Assembly: GCF_001194135.2 (NCBI RefSeq)
Contig: NC_068983.1
Span: 96,696,170-96,760,169, forward strand
Source: Octopus bimaculoides
Taxonomy: Eukaryota
Direction: 5' to 3'
DNA length: 64,000 nt
A program made the translations under genes and the position numbers. How positions within the stretch are numbered: the first letter of the stretch is position 1; each line of letters starts with the position of its first letter. Below the pieces are notes generated by a model. It was not told the DNA's origin. It worked only from the letters and a program-made list of their open reading frames with translations, and searched no databases. Below, in pieces: positions 1 through 12,767 of this stretch.

Positions 1-1291
1 ATATATTCCCCTGCTTCCTCTCTTCACTCCTATCTACCTTCTCCCTTCATCGATACCCCCTACATCCACACTCCACCTCACACATCCAACTCCTACATAC
101 CCCAACCCTATCCCCACAGCCCACCCTCACATCCCCACACCCCACCCTCACATCCCCACACCCCAAAACCGCCAAACCATCATCCACACACCCACACATT
201 GCAGACGCACCCAATCATAGGTCTCAGTTACCAGCCCCTATCCACCCGTACACACAATTCCCACATACACTCACGCACGCGCATCTTCGTTTTGGGATCA
301 TTGATACTTAATTATCTCCCTTTCTTCCTAACTCTCCTGTCTAACTACATTTGTCCAGCCAGTCGCCATGATTGACCGCTAGCTCCAAAAGATTTTTAAT
401 CTCTGTTATTTCCTCGTATTACTTTCTGTGGAAGAGTGTAGCCTCGAAACGTAAAAGACTTTCTTACCTTCCCGAGTGTCAGACTAATACATCTGCTTGT
501 TGTTTATACACCTGTCTTCGTCTTTTGTTTTTCTGCACATTTCATATATATTACTGTCTGTCTCTCTGTGCCAGTGTAAGGGTATAATAGTTCTAGACAC
601 ACCGTTATGCCTGACTACTTTTCATCCTTGTTCAAAGATGATCCTGACAGAACCAACAAAAGTAACAACTATCACTTTGCTCATCATTGAATGTTTCATT
701 GACTATATCATATCAAATGAGAATCGAACTCAGTGTCTATAGGTTCAAACGGATATTATCTAGAGCGCATGCATGCATGGCTATATGGTTATTAGCTTCT
801 GGTTTATACCCAGTGCTTCAAATCTTGAACAAATATATTTAAAACCTTCAGCTGACAAATGTCTAGCAGTGGGAAATTGTACATGGAATCTGCATCGAAC
901 CCCGCCATGTGTGTGTGTATGTGTGTGTGTGTGTACATGTTTGCTGTGTGTGTGCATGTGTGCTTGTTTATTGTTCTTTAATTTGGCGGCTCTACATAGG
1001 TTTTAATAAGATAATTACAGAACTTGCGGTAAGCACTTGGGTCAAGGTGTGACGGACTGAAAATATTTTCCAAGGTGGGAATTTAGCATGGCCACAATAC
1101 ACTGAAAGTAGTCAAAGAATCTAAAAATGAAATGAAATGTATCTATTCCAAAGTCTTATCATTTGCCTGAGAAGTTACTGCCTTCTACACGTGTAAATTT
1201 CCTAAGTTCTAAGAAAGGTCATTGAACTGCTTGTCAAAAGCGTATTAACCAAATGAAATGGTAAACATCAGCTGCTCTTGATCTTTCTCTC

Positions 1292-1297
1292 TTTATT
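1292..1297 (-). terminator. Candidate polyadenylation signal AATAAA (a second one at 967-972)
   Basis: Plus-strand tttatt about 160 nt downstream of the predicted stop codon. Confidence 0.35.
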
Positions 1298-1457
1298 TCT
1301 TTCTTCTTTCTTTCTTTCTTTCTTTCTTTGTGTCTCCGTCTCTCTCCTTCTTGACCCGCTCTTGTTTTTTTTCTTCTCAATATTCAGTTCTGCACACATT
1401 GCTCAATATTCCCAGTTACAGCCTAGAATTCACTTTTTGCTCATGTTTTGTGTACAA

Positions 1458-1561
1458 CTATCTATTTTCTCTTATAAGTTCAGCATACATATCGTCTGCA
1501 TCGACTTCAACCGTCTGGATGAGCCTAAAAAAACCCTTGAGCATTATCTTTCGTTCTCCGA
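1458..1561 (-). CDS. Terminal coding exon (exon 6) of a predicted small secreted or membrane protein; (V)GERKIMLKGFFRLIQTVEVDADDMYAELIRENR*
   Basis: Minus-strand acceptor ttttattgttgtttag|TC. Phase-1 entry gives 33 open codons to TAG (plus-strand cta at 1458-1460). The other two frames stop early. Joins in frame to the 42-nt exon at 9866-9907. Confidence 0.8.
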
Positions 1562-1771
1562 CTAAACAACAATAAAACTAAACATAGCTCTTGATTATCC
1601 TTTCTGCTTTCTTAATTTACGTTTTGAAGCTTTCAGCATAAAGAAATGCCGATCATTATATGCTGTTGTAATTATTTAGTTTCAATTGAGTTTATTAATA
1701 ACAACAACAACAACGACAACCACCACCACCGCCACCGCCACCACCAATACAACAACAATAATATTTTTTTT

Positions 1772-1895
1772 TACTATGAGCACAAAGCCTGAAATTTGTG
1801 GGGAGTGGGCTAGTCAATTACATCGACCCCTGTGCGTATTATTTGATCAACCCCGAAAGGATAAAAGGCAAAGTCGACCTCGGCAGAATTTGAGG
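1772..1895 (-). mobile_element. SINE family A, 3' portion
   Basis: Matches the full copy at 39612-39826 (gcacaaagcctgaaattt...cccgaaaggat...aagtcgacctcggc). Confidence 0.75.
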
Positions 1896-1989
1896 ATCTA
1901 TTTTAAAACTTGGGACACTGGTAGAATGTGTCATATAAAACATCTTTTACTCTTAGTCTTCTTAACAAAAAAAAGGAATTCCCAAGTTA

Positions 1990-2382
1990 TTCCATGTTAA
2001 AGTTGTCGTATTTCTGTAATTTCAACCAATCACTGACGTCTATTCACCTCAATAGAGTTACTGCTAGGCGATCATAAAAATGTTATTCCCTGTGACATAT
2101 TTCATCCGGTTTAATAGTAATTTATACGCATATATTGTTTATATAATAAATTACGCTGTGCGTATCTATGTGTGTAACAATTTTTGAGTTCGGATTCTAG
2201 AGTTAGGGTTAGTTTTAGGGTTAGGGTTACGGTTACGGTTACGGTTAACAGTCTAGTTAGGGTTAGGGTTAGGGTTAGGGGATTAATACGATATACACCG
2301 TTACAGCGCTAACTGTTTTCAACTGAATAGACGTCAGTGATTAGTAGAAATTATCGAAATAAGACAATTTTTTTACATGAAA
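1990..2382. mobile_element. Non-autonomous TIR element (MITE-like) with an internal TTAGGG/TTACGG array
   Basis: Imperfect ~57-bp inverted repeats at 1990-2046 and 2324-2382 (core aatcactgacgtctattca / tgaatagacgtcagtgatt). TTAGGG-type repeats at 2203-2280. Confidence 0.65.
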
Positions 2383-2519
2383 TAAATTCGAATACAAAAA
2401 TTTTTTTCTGTTCTATAACACAAAATAGATAAGTATACGAAGTTTGAAAGTCTTTCCGTACCAAAAACATTACATAAAACATAAATGAAAACTGGCGCCC
2501 CCGTTTTAAAATAGATCCG

Positions 2520-2818
2520 AATTTGAACTCAGAACCTAAAAACGGACGAAATGATGCTAAGCATTTTCCTGTCGTGCTAACGATTCTTATTTCTTTATTG
2601 CCCACAAGGGGCTAAACATAGAGGGAGCAAACAAGGACATAGAAATCGTTTAAGTCGATTACATCGACGCCAGTGGGTAACTGGTACTTAATTAATCGAC
2701 CCCGAAAGGATGAAAAACAAAGTCGACCTCGACGGAATTTGAACTCAGAACGTAACGGCAGACGAAATGCCGCTAAGCATTTCGCCTGACGTGCTAACGA
2801 ATCAGCCGTCTCGCTGAC
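2520..2818 (-). mobile_element. Two SINE family A pieces (head fragment 2520-2588 and copy ~2650-2818)
   Basis: Antisense B-box aatttgaactcagaac and ctaagcatttcgcc...gtgctaacga. Confidence 0.75.
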
Positions 2819-3386
2819 TAATAAAAATACTACCAACAACAACAGCAACAACAATAATCTACGCATAGCACCAGTTCATTAGATAGAGCAAGAGGCTTGG
2901 AAATATCTAAATATGTGAATATGTTAATCTATTCTTGATTTATAAATCATGAAATGTGTTTCTTAAGGGGACCATTTCAACGTTTGCTTTGATTGCAAAT
3001 AGCAAAACATACAAGAAGAATAACAAGAAGCAAAATAAATCTATACTGACAGGTCTGCTAAAGATCATTCTTAAACTCAGTCGAGTGTGAAGTTTGGAGT
3101 CTTGCTACATGTCATCAGATGTCATTACATCTGGGTTCCTTTTTCTTCTGTTCGTTTCTTCTTTTATTTTTGCAGTCGTTCTTTATTTGCCATGTGAGAA
3201 TACATTGACATTTAATAAACTCAACATGGCTGTTATATACATATTATGATAGACATGAGCGACAATGGTGAAGTAAATGTAGTGCACCTGAGGCAGGGTT
3301 CAAATCTAATACACTGCCATTTGTATAATCAATAAATTACTCATTTAATAGCCTTAAAACAATTTGTTTATTTTTTATTCTCACTG

Positions 3387-3459
<73 letters not shown>

Positions 3460-4166
3460 NNNNNNNNNNNNNNNNNNNNNNNNNNNNNNNNNNNNNNNNN
3501 NNNNNNNNNNNNNNNNNNNNNNNNNNNNNNNNNNNNNNNNNNNNNNNNNNNNNNNNNNNNNNNNNNNNNNNNNNNNNNNNNNNNNNNNNNNNNNNNNNNN
3601 NNNNNNNNNNNNNNNNNNNNNNNNNNNNNNNNNNNNNNNNNNNNNNNNNNNNNNNNNNNNNNNNNNNNNNNNNNNNNNNNNNNNNNNNNNNNNNNNNNNN
3701 NNNNNNNNNNNNNNNNNNNNNNNNNNNNNNNNNNNNNNNNNNNNNNNNNNNNNNNNNNNNNNNNNNNNNNNNNNNNNNNNNNNNNNNNNNNNNNNNNNNN
3801 NNNNNNNNNNNNNNNNNNNNNNNNNNNNNNNNNNNNNNNNNNNNNNNNNNNNNNNNNNNNNNNNNNNNNNNNNNNNNNNNNNNNNNNNNNNNNNNNNNNN
3901 NNNNNNNNNNNNNNNNNNNNNNNNNNNNNNNNNNNNNNNNNNNNNNNNNNNNNNNNNNNNNNNNNNNNNNNNNNNNNNNNNNNNNNNNNNNNNNNNNNNN
4001 NNNNNNNNNNNNNNNNNNNNNNNNNNNNNNNNNNNNNNNNNNNNNNNNNNNNNNNNNNNNNNNNNNNNNNNNNNNNNNNNNNNNNNNNNNNNNNNNNNNN
4101 NNNNNNNNNNNNNNNNNNNNNNNNNNNNNNNNNNNNNNNNNNNNNNNNNNNNNNNNNNNNNNNNNN

Positions 4167-4199
<33 letters not shown>

Positions 4200-4204
4200 G
4201 TGTG

Positions 4205-4408
4205 TTTGTGTCTGTGTTAGTCCCCCCCCCCAACATCGCTTGACAACCAATGCTGGTATGTTTACGTCCCCGTAACTTAGCGGTTCGGCAAAATAGACTG
4301 ATAGAATAAGTACTAGGCTAACAAAGAATAGGTCCTGGGGTCGATTTGCTCGACTAAAGGCGGTGCTTCAGCATGGCCGCAGTCAAATGACTGAAACAAA
4401 TAAAAGAC
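4205..4408 (+). mobile_element. SINE family B, 3' half
   Basis: gtccccc...aacatcgcttgacaacc...gtaacttagcggttcggcaaa...ggggtcgatttgctcgactaaaggcggtgc...gactgaaacaa, shared with 45308-45748 and 57945-58128. Confidence 0.8.
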
Positions 4409-4649
4409 TATATATATACATACTAGAACAACGGTGTCTGTCGCTGTAGCAAGTCGGCATATTTTGATATAGAATTTAGTCTTTTAATTTCCTTCTTTTA
4501 TTAACTCGTGGAGGGTAGAATGTTGATGTGACCCAGAGAATGATAATGGATAAAACTCTTTGCAGCAATGCAGTTTGACAGATGTTCTACCCATCCTGCC
4601 ATAGATAGGACTTCTTTTGCCAAAGGCAATATTGGTTTCAATATCGCAT

Positions 4650-5085
4650 TCGGTGGAATTTGAACTCAGAACATAAAGACAAGAATGAGATGACGCTAAG
4701 CATTTTGCCTGGCCTGCTAATGATACTGCTAGTTTGTCGCCTTCTTTGCCAGTGATAATATTAATTCCTATAATACCAGACATTTAAGGAAAATGTATAA
4801 TATTAACTAAAATATTTTTTTATTGAGATAAGCTCAAGTCGACTTCGGTGGTATTTGAACTCAGAATGTAGAGAGATATAACTAATTACCATATAAAACT
4901 TATGGAATTTTATGACAGAAATGTGTAATGGCAGCTATAGACGATCAAACGAATCTAGCGTTTGAATAGTACTTATGATATCGACTCCAGCGGGATAAGG
5001 TTATTCGTAATAGCGCACCGTGAAATTTGAACTCGAAGAATGAAATTAATTATTGCACGGCATTTCGTTCAGCAATCGATATTTT
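4650..5085 (-). mobile_element. Three degraded SINE family A head fragments
   Basis: Repeated aatttgaactc / tatttgaactc antisense B-boxes near 4657, 4852 and 5023. Confidence 0.6.
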
Positions 5086-5104
5086 CACTCACTGTACCAC
5101 TCAT

Positions 5105-5495
5105 TGTTGTTGTTGTTGGCACTCCGTCGCTTACGACGTCGAGGTTTCCAGTTAATTCGATCAACGGAACAGCCTGCTCGTGAAATTAACGTTCAAGAGG
5201 CTGAGCACTCCACAGACACGTGTACCCTTAACGTAGCTCTCGGGAATATTCAGCGTGACACAGTGTGACAAGGCTGACCCTTTGAATTACAGGCACAACA
5301 GAAACAGGAAGTAAGAGTGAGAGAAAGTTGTAGTGAAAGAGTACAGCAGGGTTCGCCACCATCCCCTGCCTGAGCCTCGTGGAGCTTTAGGTGTTTTCGC
5401 TCAATAAACACTCACAACGCCCGGTCTGGGAATCGAAACCACAATCTTATGACCGCGAGTCCGCTGCTCTAACCACTGGGCCATTGCGCCTCCAC
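5105..5495 (-). mobile_element. SINE family C, full length (tRNA head, central domain, (CAA)n tail)
   Basis: Minus-strand head gtggaggcgcaatggcccagtggttagagcagcggac...ggtttcgattccc with pol III A and B boxes. Body shared with 17082-17402 and 60602-60780. Confidence 0.85.
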
Positions 5496-6348
5496 GTACC
5501 ACTCATACTTAGTGTGGAATCTTGTCTTTAGAAGCACGTGGAATAACTAAAAACGTAACTTTGCTTGTTCAAAGTTATAGCATGATTCAGGAGAATGTTA
5601 GCTATTAAAAAGTTCAAAAGTAATATTGTTAATACAAATATACATAAAATATCAGCCACAAAATACATTACATATATATTATATTTTTACCAGGGATTTT
5701 TTAAAATCAGCCATGTGACTAACATTACTTTAGCTCCAAACAATGTTGACAATTCTCACATCTTGTAAATTGCAATAAAGTTGATAAAAGACAAATAAAT
5801 ATTTGTATAGGTTCTTTTAATTGTAGTACTAGTGATGACTAAATGAAAATTTGGTAAAAACAAATAATGTAAACGTTGACTATAAAAGTAGTGGTACAGT
5901 TTTTGACACTTTCGTATATGAAAATCTCATTAACATGCCTTTCGCTCCGCTCTATATAATGCAATACTCCTGTAGACCAAACAAAACAGCATTCTAGGCT
6001 TGAGTTTTAAAAACTATATTATATTTAATATTCTAGTGGAAACTTATCAAAATGACAATCTAGATTCTTTTCGAAAGAGCGAAAATGGAATCACTTATCG
6101 CATCCACTAAATAAATAACCCAAAGATGCTACTACGAAGAAAAATAAAATGGCTAAGTTAAATAACAATTTTTCACTACATACAAGATGGCGCCTCGGAG
6201 TCATTCTTAAAACTTTTCTATTTTCTATGTCAAACCAACGAACAAGCTTGTGCATATCCTGAGCAATACTCGCATCATTATTTCGTCAAGTACGTCGAAG
6301 TCTATGCTTTGTTGAAATATATCTGGTCTCTTATCGTACTGAGATAAT

Positions 6349-6707
6349 CCTTTCTACTATAGACACAAAGCCTGAAATTGGAGGTAGGGTGATAGTCGAT
6401 AACTTCGACTTGAGTACTCAACTGGTACTTATTTTATCGATCGCGAAAGGATGAAAGGCAATGTCAACCTCGGTGGAATTTGTACTTACAACATAAAAAC
6501 GAACGAAATGCTGATAAGCATTTTTCCTGCCGCAGTCAGCTTGCCGTTTTAATAATGATTTCAAATTTTGGCACAAGGCCAGCATTTTCGGGAGAGGTAG
6601 ATAAAATAAGTACTCGAGTTGTACTTATTTTATCGACCCCGAAAGGGGACTCGGCGCAATTTGAACTCAGAAATGCCGCTAAGCATTTCGCCAAGCTCAC
6701 TGCTTTA

Positions 6708-6770
<63 letters not shown>

Positions 6771-6952
6771 TTCCATTCTACTAAAGGTTCAAGGCCTGAA
6801 ATTTGAGGAGAGGGGACTAGTCGATTACATCGACCCCAGTGTTTCACTGGTATTTAATTTATTGACCCAGGAAGGACGAAAGAGAGAGTCGACGGGCGAA
6901 ATACTACTAAGCATTTCGTCTAGCGTGCTAACAATTCTGCCAGCTCACCGCC

Positions 6953-6953
<1 letters not shown>
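6349..6953 (-). mobile_element. Three tandem SINE family A copies (6349-6545, 6566-6703, 6771-6953) separated by TAA repeats
   Basis: Each repeats the family A body or head. (TAA)n at about 6709-6770 and 6955-7010. Confidence 0.8.
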
Positions 6954-7010
<57 letters not shown>

Positions 7011-7012
<2 letters not shown>

Positions 7013-7822
7013 TTTACCCTACATGGTAAATACTGGGCTAAACTAAATGCGAANNNNNNNNNNNNNNNNNNNNNNNNNNNNNNNNNNNNNNNNNNNNNNN
7101 NNNNNNNNNNNNNNNNNNNNNNNNNNNNNNNNNNNNNNNNNNNNNNNNNNNNNNNNNNNNNNNNNNNNNNNNNNNNNNNNNNNNNNNNNNNNNNNNNNNN
7201 NNNNNNNNNNNNNNNNNNNNNNNNNNNNNNNNNNNNNNNNNNNNNNNNNNNNNNNNNNNNNNNNNNNNNNNNNNNNNNNNNNNNNNNNNNNNNNNNNNNN
7301 NNNNNNNNNNNNNNNNNNNNNNNNNNNNNNNNNNNNNNNNNNNNNNNNNNNNNNNNNNNNNNNNNNNNNNNNNNNNNNNNNNNNNNNNNNNNNNNNNNNN
7401 NNNNNNNNNNNNNNNNNNNNNNNNNNNNNNNNNNNNNNNNNNNNNNNNNNNNNNNNNNNNNNNNNNNNNNNNNNNNNNNNNNNNNNNNNNNNNNNNNNNN
7501 NNNNNNNNNNNNNNNNNNNNNNNNNNNNNNNNNNNNNNNNNAGAAACAATTCCTATCATAGTAGGTGCCTTAGGTATAATAAAAAAATACTCAGACAAAT
7601 ACATAACAAAAATACCAGGACTTACAAATATATGTAACATACAGAAAATTGCACTACTGGGTACTGCACACATCCTACGCAAAACACTTTCAATACAGTA
7701 AACATAAAAGCACCACAGCAAACCACAGCACATACCCAAGGCGCACAGAGCTGCGCTCGGTAGTGAAGTGAAAGCACGTTATAAAAATAAAACTACTGAA
7801 CAATAATAATAATAATAATAAT
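7011..7822 (+). mobile_element. R4/Dong-clade non-LTR retrotransposon, 3' portion within (TAA)n; middle lies in an assembly gap
   Basis: 7543-7701 reads ETIPIIVGALGIIKKYSDKYITKIPGLTNICNIQKIALLGTAHILRKTLSIQ*, the typical C-terminus after the restriction-like endonuclease of R4/Dong ORFs. (AAT)n tail at 7802-7822 and (TAA)n on the 5' side. Confidence 0.8.
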
Positions 7823-7825
7823 AGT

Positions 7826-8212
7826 TCCTTTTATTAGCTACAGGAGCGTAGATGACGGGGACATCACATGGACAGACCACAATTTGTGTGGGGATTTACA
7901 TAAAGGATGGGGAGAAAGAAATGGAAACGGCGAATTGCGATAAAAGTACACATTGTATACAAAATATGTGATAGCATGAATTATGCAGTCCTCCTGTTAC
8001 AGGATAGACTACAGCTAGGATCAATCAAGGAACCTCACAGGTCCAGACACACTGAAGTCACGAGACCTCTCTTACGCTCTCTAATCTACAGGCACATACT
8101 TAGAGTAGAGCTATTCACCCTAACCATTTTTGTCGCGGTCACCCATCTTTTCATAAATTCAGTGGGTGATAGAGTTTTCCTCTTCAACCCTTTTTTCCTT
8201 TCAAATTGAAAC
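7826..8212 (-). mobile_element. Tx1/L1-clade LINE 3' end (degraded)
   Basis: Minus strand reads ERKKGLKRKTLSPTEFMKRWVTATKMVRVN..., resembling Tx1 ORF2 C-termini, followed by AATAAAA. Confidence 0.5.
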
Positions 8213-8221
8213 TTAAAAAAA

Positions 8222-8460
8222 GATGAAGGTTCCATGAAATGTTTTGATTTAAATGTATGTATTGCAAGACACAGCTAGGTTTCTTTCGTCAACATTTTGC
8301 ATGGTTCAACCTACACGAGTTTATGAGTTAATAACAAAATAGGAATTTTGAAAGAAGTATCTAGAAAATTAGTTTTTAACCATCGAATGGCTATAGGAGT
8401 GCATCAGAATAGAATAGTAAACAAAGTGGTCCATAGGTAAAACATGGTTGAGGATCACTA
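8222..8460. mobile_element. hAT (Charlie-type) MITE, right half
   Basis: Homologous to 19650-19977 and 33639-34088; ends in ggttgaggatcacta. Confidence 0.7.
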
Positions 8461-8654
8461 TACTAGAGAGAAGAACATCACCTGCCATGCCTTGTTATAG
8501 GTGAATGGTGGGGCGATCCTCACGATAGAATCGGCCGATAGTCGGATTCATCTGACTCACGATAACAGCTGTTCGGCCTAACTCGGCAGTACTCGGAAAC
8601 TGAACGAATGCCTGTTGAACGCTCCTTCGTTTCTGGTTCAGTCCAATAGCGCAG

Positions 8655-8760
8655 CAATTTGGTCAAGTGTCTTTTACTGTAGCTTTGGGCTGACCAATGC
8701 CTTGTGAGTGAATTTGGGAGACGGAAACTCTGTGAAAGCCCGCCGTATGCACACATGCAA
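8655..8760 (+). mobile_element. SINE family B, core fragment
   Basis: ggtcaagtgtcttttactgtagc...gccttgtgagtgaatttgg...gacggaaact. Confidence 0.65.
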
Positions 8761-9865
8761 ACACACAGACGCTCACACACATATATGAAGACTGAAAAAT
8801 TTGTCTGGCACTTTATTTTATGATCCTGAACGGAAGAAAAGCGAAGTTGACCAGGAGGTATTTGAACTCAGAGCATAAAGAACCGGAAGAAATAACGACT
8901 CATTTTGAGTTAGAGTCAATACTGAAGGAAGCCTAACCGACGTTCTGAACATGCTTCAAATCTAATGTCCTTTAAATGTGATATTAATTAGTGCATAATT
9001 AAGGTTTTCAGGGCTGCAGGTTACTCGATGCCATCGAGGTAGTACTTTATTGGTACTTTGTTTAATCTGAAAATAATGAAGACAATGTACTCACTTTCCA
9101 TCCGCTAAATTCCATTGAAAAGTGTCGATGAACACGATGCTTATGGTAGGAAACATTTGCCCAGTGTGTCACGCGATTTGATGGAATCAAGAAGGCCATC
9201 ATTGTGAAACAATATTTGCAACACACGCAAGCGCGCATACTGCTATGCGTGTGGCTATGGTATAAATCAATTAAAACGATGAAAGACAAAGTCAACTCTG
9301 ATGATATTTGAACTCACAGCGTAAAGGTTAAATGCTGAAATAGTAAATATAAGCAACAATCGGTAGAAACTAATTATGGTTAGCCCCAATAAATGAAAAG
9401 AAAGAAAATGAAAATTGATAAAATTCGTAAAATGAGATAAAGAGCCAAGCCCAATGGCGTCAGAATTCACATCTTTTTCTCACTGCATATCTAATTATCT
9501 TATTTTATTAAATGCTGTACAGCATGTAAAATATTTAGTCAGATGATGTTTGTTTTCTGCCAAATTCACTGTCCTTCGTCTCGACCACATACTGTTTTTC
9601 ATGTAAGCAACATGATCATTCCCATCATTAAGAAGAACGACAGCGACCGCACAAACACGATACATATACATACATATACAGTAATATATTCAAGTATATA
9701 ATCTGTACGGGCTCAGAGCACATATACAAATACGCGAGCAAAACAAAACATAGCCGTCAACGTCACTGCTACAAATATATCTACACATAACGCAGTCTTA
9801 CAACACACACAAGCACAAACACATAAAGAGTCACATAACCATACTCATACACATGACATACATAC

Positions 9866-9907
9866 CAGTCCCTAGCACCCTCCTCTCATACACTTCATGT
9901 ACTTTTT
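9866..9907 (-). CDS. 42-nt exon 5 (phase 1-1): (E)KVHEVYERRVLGT(V)
   Basis: Long pyrimidine tract ending ttcttgccattgctgtag|AA; donor ACTG|gtatgt. Phase-compatible with the flanking exons. Confidence 0.8.
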
Positions 9908-10908
9908 CTACAGCAATGGCAAGAAGAGCAACAATGAACAAACAATGGCGGACAGAAAGATGATGAAATGTATAAAATAGAATAACAATATAAACAGTGA
10001 CAATTTTTTTTTTTTTAGGGAGAGTTAGAGAAGAATAGAGAGGGAGAAACAGAGAGAGAGAGAGGAAGAGAGCAAAAACGATAGGAAGAAAGAGACAAAG
10101 TGATACGACACAGAAGTGGTGTGACACACGGAAACAACGGACAAGAAAAGAGAGGAAAAATAAAAGCAAGAGAACGAGAAGGTGATTGACAAAAGTAATG
10201 GGTAGATAGTGAGAAAAAGAGACAAACAGAAGCGTAGAGAGAGAGAGAGTGAGAGAGAGAGAGAGAGTGAGAGAGGGTATATGCATATGTGTATATATAT
10301 NNNNNNNNNNNNNNNNNNNNNNNNNNNNNNNNNNNNNNNNNNNNNNNNNNNNNNNNNNNNNNNNNNNNNNNNNNNNNNNNNNNNNNNNNNNNNNNNNNNN
10401 NNNNNNNNNNNNNNNNNNNNNNNNNNNNNNNNNNNNNNNNNNNNNNNNNNNNNNNNNNNNNNNNNNNNNNNNNNNNNNNNNNNNNNNNNNNNNNNNNNNN
10501 NNNNNNNNNNNNNNNNNNNNNNNNNNNNNNNNNNNNNNNNNNNNNNNNNNNNNNNNNNNNNNNNNNNNNNNNNNNNNNNNNNNNNNNNNNNNNNNNNNNN
10601 NNNNNNNNNNNNNNNNNNNNNNNNNNNNNNNNNNNNNNNNNNNNNNNNNNNNNNNNNNNNNNNNNNNNNNNNNNNNNNNNNNNNNNNNNNNNNNNNNNNN
10701 NNNNNNNNNNNNNNNNNNNNNNNNNNNNNNNNNNNNNNNNNNNNNNNNNNNNNNNNNNNNNNNNNNNNNNNNNNNNNNNNNNNNNNNNNNNNNNNNNNNN
10801 NNNNNNNNNNNNNNNNNNNNNNNNNNNNNNNNNNNNNNNNNNNNNNNNNNNNNNNNNNNNNNNNNNNNNNNNNNNNNNNNNNNNNNNNNNNNNNNNNNNN
10901 NNNNNNNN

Positions 10909-10949
<41 letters not shown>

Positions 10950-11695
10950 GTGGAATCAACAGAGTGACTCAAGAGCCGAGAGTTCGGTGCGTTGGCGCTT
11001 ATCAAAATATGAAACGCACAAAACGTTCGGTCCTTGTGTCACTCTGTTGCTTCTGTTGTAGTTCCATCAAGACCATGCTCATCGTGGATCTAGTCTTTTT
11101 CATTCGCAAAATGAGCCCCCTTTAATTTTGCTGAGATTGCTTTCAATTTTGGTGCATTGATGCAACTCTGAATTTTGATTACGAACCGATAATTTTATCT
11201 CGTAAATTAAAGAATCTGATGGTATTTAGAATTAAAGTTGGGAAATTTGGGTAATTTTAGCCAATCAACACACAGCGAGGCATTAACAGCTTGTTACTAT
11301 GACAACCGCACATTGTTTTGTGCTTCACCCGCATGTTCTATTGATTCTTCACATCATGAGATTTACTTTATCCTTGTGTTTTATTTTAATAAAAAATTAC
11401 ATTTATCAATTAGAATTTTATTATAGATATTTTTCGCCAATTGTCTTAATGTTTTACATATTTTTCATATAAAGCAAAAGTTGTTTGCCATGTTTATACA
11501 GTTTCTTGGCATTATGGAGGTGAATGGAATATGTGAACTTAGTACAAATAATTTGACATTATTTTCGAATTCTGCATGCAAAACATATAAGTTACAGGTA
11601 TCCTTTTTCTTGGGACAAATTCTTTGTTGACCAGTGTTATTCTCATCGTAGATTACAAATCCAAGCATGAAAATGTTACTCAACTTTGAAGTTTT

Positions 11696-11767
<72 letters not shown>

Positions 11768-12247
11768 ATATATTAATGATGTACATAAATACATGACAGG
11801 TAATCATAAAACTGAAATGTGCATAAAGTAAACACATGCAAACAAATATATTATTACAATAAAAAAAATAACATACAATCAATGAGGAGACAAACGAAAC
11901 AGTAAGATGATACATATTGATTTTATGAGGTATTTCTTTTTATTTAAGAAGCCTACAATAAAGAGGTCATTTCATAGACGCTAAATAATAAATTTCACAG
12001 GGTACAACCTTAAAGTTGACACCGCCCGCAAAACGCAGAAAATTTCTGTTTCGCTATTGGCTATAAATACAGTTTTTTCGATTTTTAAACCTCTGTAACC
12101 TGTTCCTTCAATTTTTTCTCCACATCATACCTTCATAGTAATTAGACTGGAAAACTTGATTATCATAGTCGATTTTCAGATTTCTTTTACTGTCTTTTAA
12201 AAAATATATATTTTGCGAATGAAAAAAAAAAAGATCTCTTATCGTTC

Positions 12248-12767
12248 TTTTTAGACATCTGCAGTATTGTGCATTGAGAATTTGTCCCCCAGGGCCAAAC
12301 TATCAATCGAGAGTTCTACTGTGAAGTTTTGAGACAGTTTGAAGGAAGACATTCGGCGAAAGTGACCGGATCTGTGGAGAGCGAAAATCGGATTCTTCTG
12401 GACGACAATGCATCCTGTCACTGAGTTCTCTTCACTCATGAGTTTCTCGCCAAAAACAATATCGTATCGCTTCTGCAGCCGCTCTATTCGCTAGATTTAG
12501 TATCTGCGAACTTCCATCTCTTTCCCAAGATGAAAATGGCGGCTCAAAAGTCGCCGTTTCAACACCATTGTCGTGATCAAGAGCAAATCCCGGAAGATCC
12601 TTGAGTCACAGAAAACAACTTCCAAATCGGATTCCAAAGGTGGCAGAAACGCTGGGATCGGTGTACTGCTGCGCAAGGCCACTATTTCGAAGGGGACGAT
12701 GTTAAAACTTAAGTAATTACTTTACTTTAAAGCATAGTTAGTCCGGGAATTTTTTGATACCATCTCG
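12248..12767 (+). pseudogene. Mariner transposase 3' fragment with right TIR
   Basis: FLDICSIVH*EFVPQGQTINREFYCEVLRQ...LLDDNASCH...LQPLYSLDLVSANFHLFPKMK...RWQKRWDRCTAAQGHYFEGDDVKT*. Ends ccgggaattttttgataccatctcg followed by TA. Confidence 0.9.

Noticed and set aside
2203-2280. TTAGGG array as a true telomere or chromosome fusion scar
   Set aside because: Short, degenerate, single orientation, and enclosed by inverted repeats.
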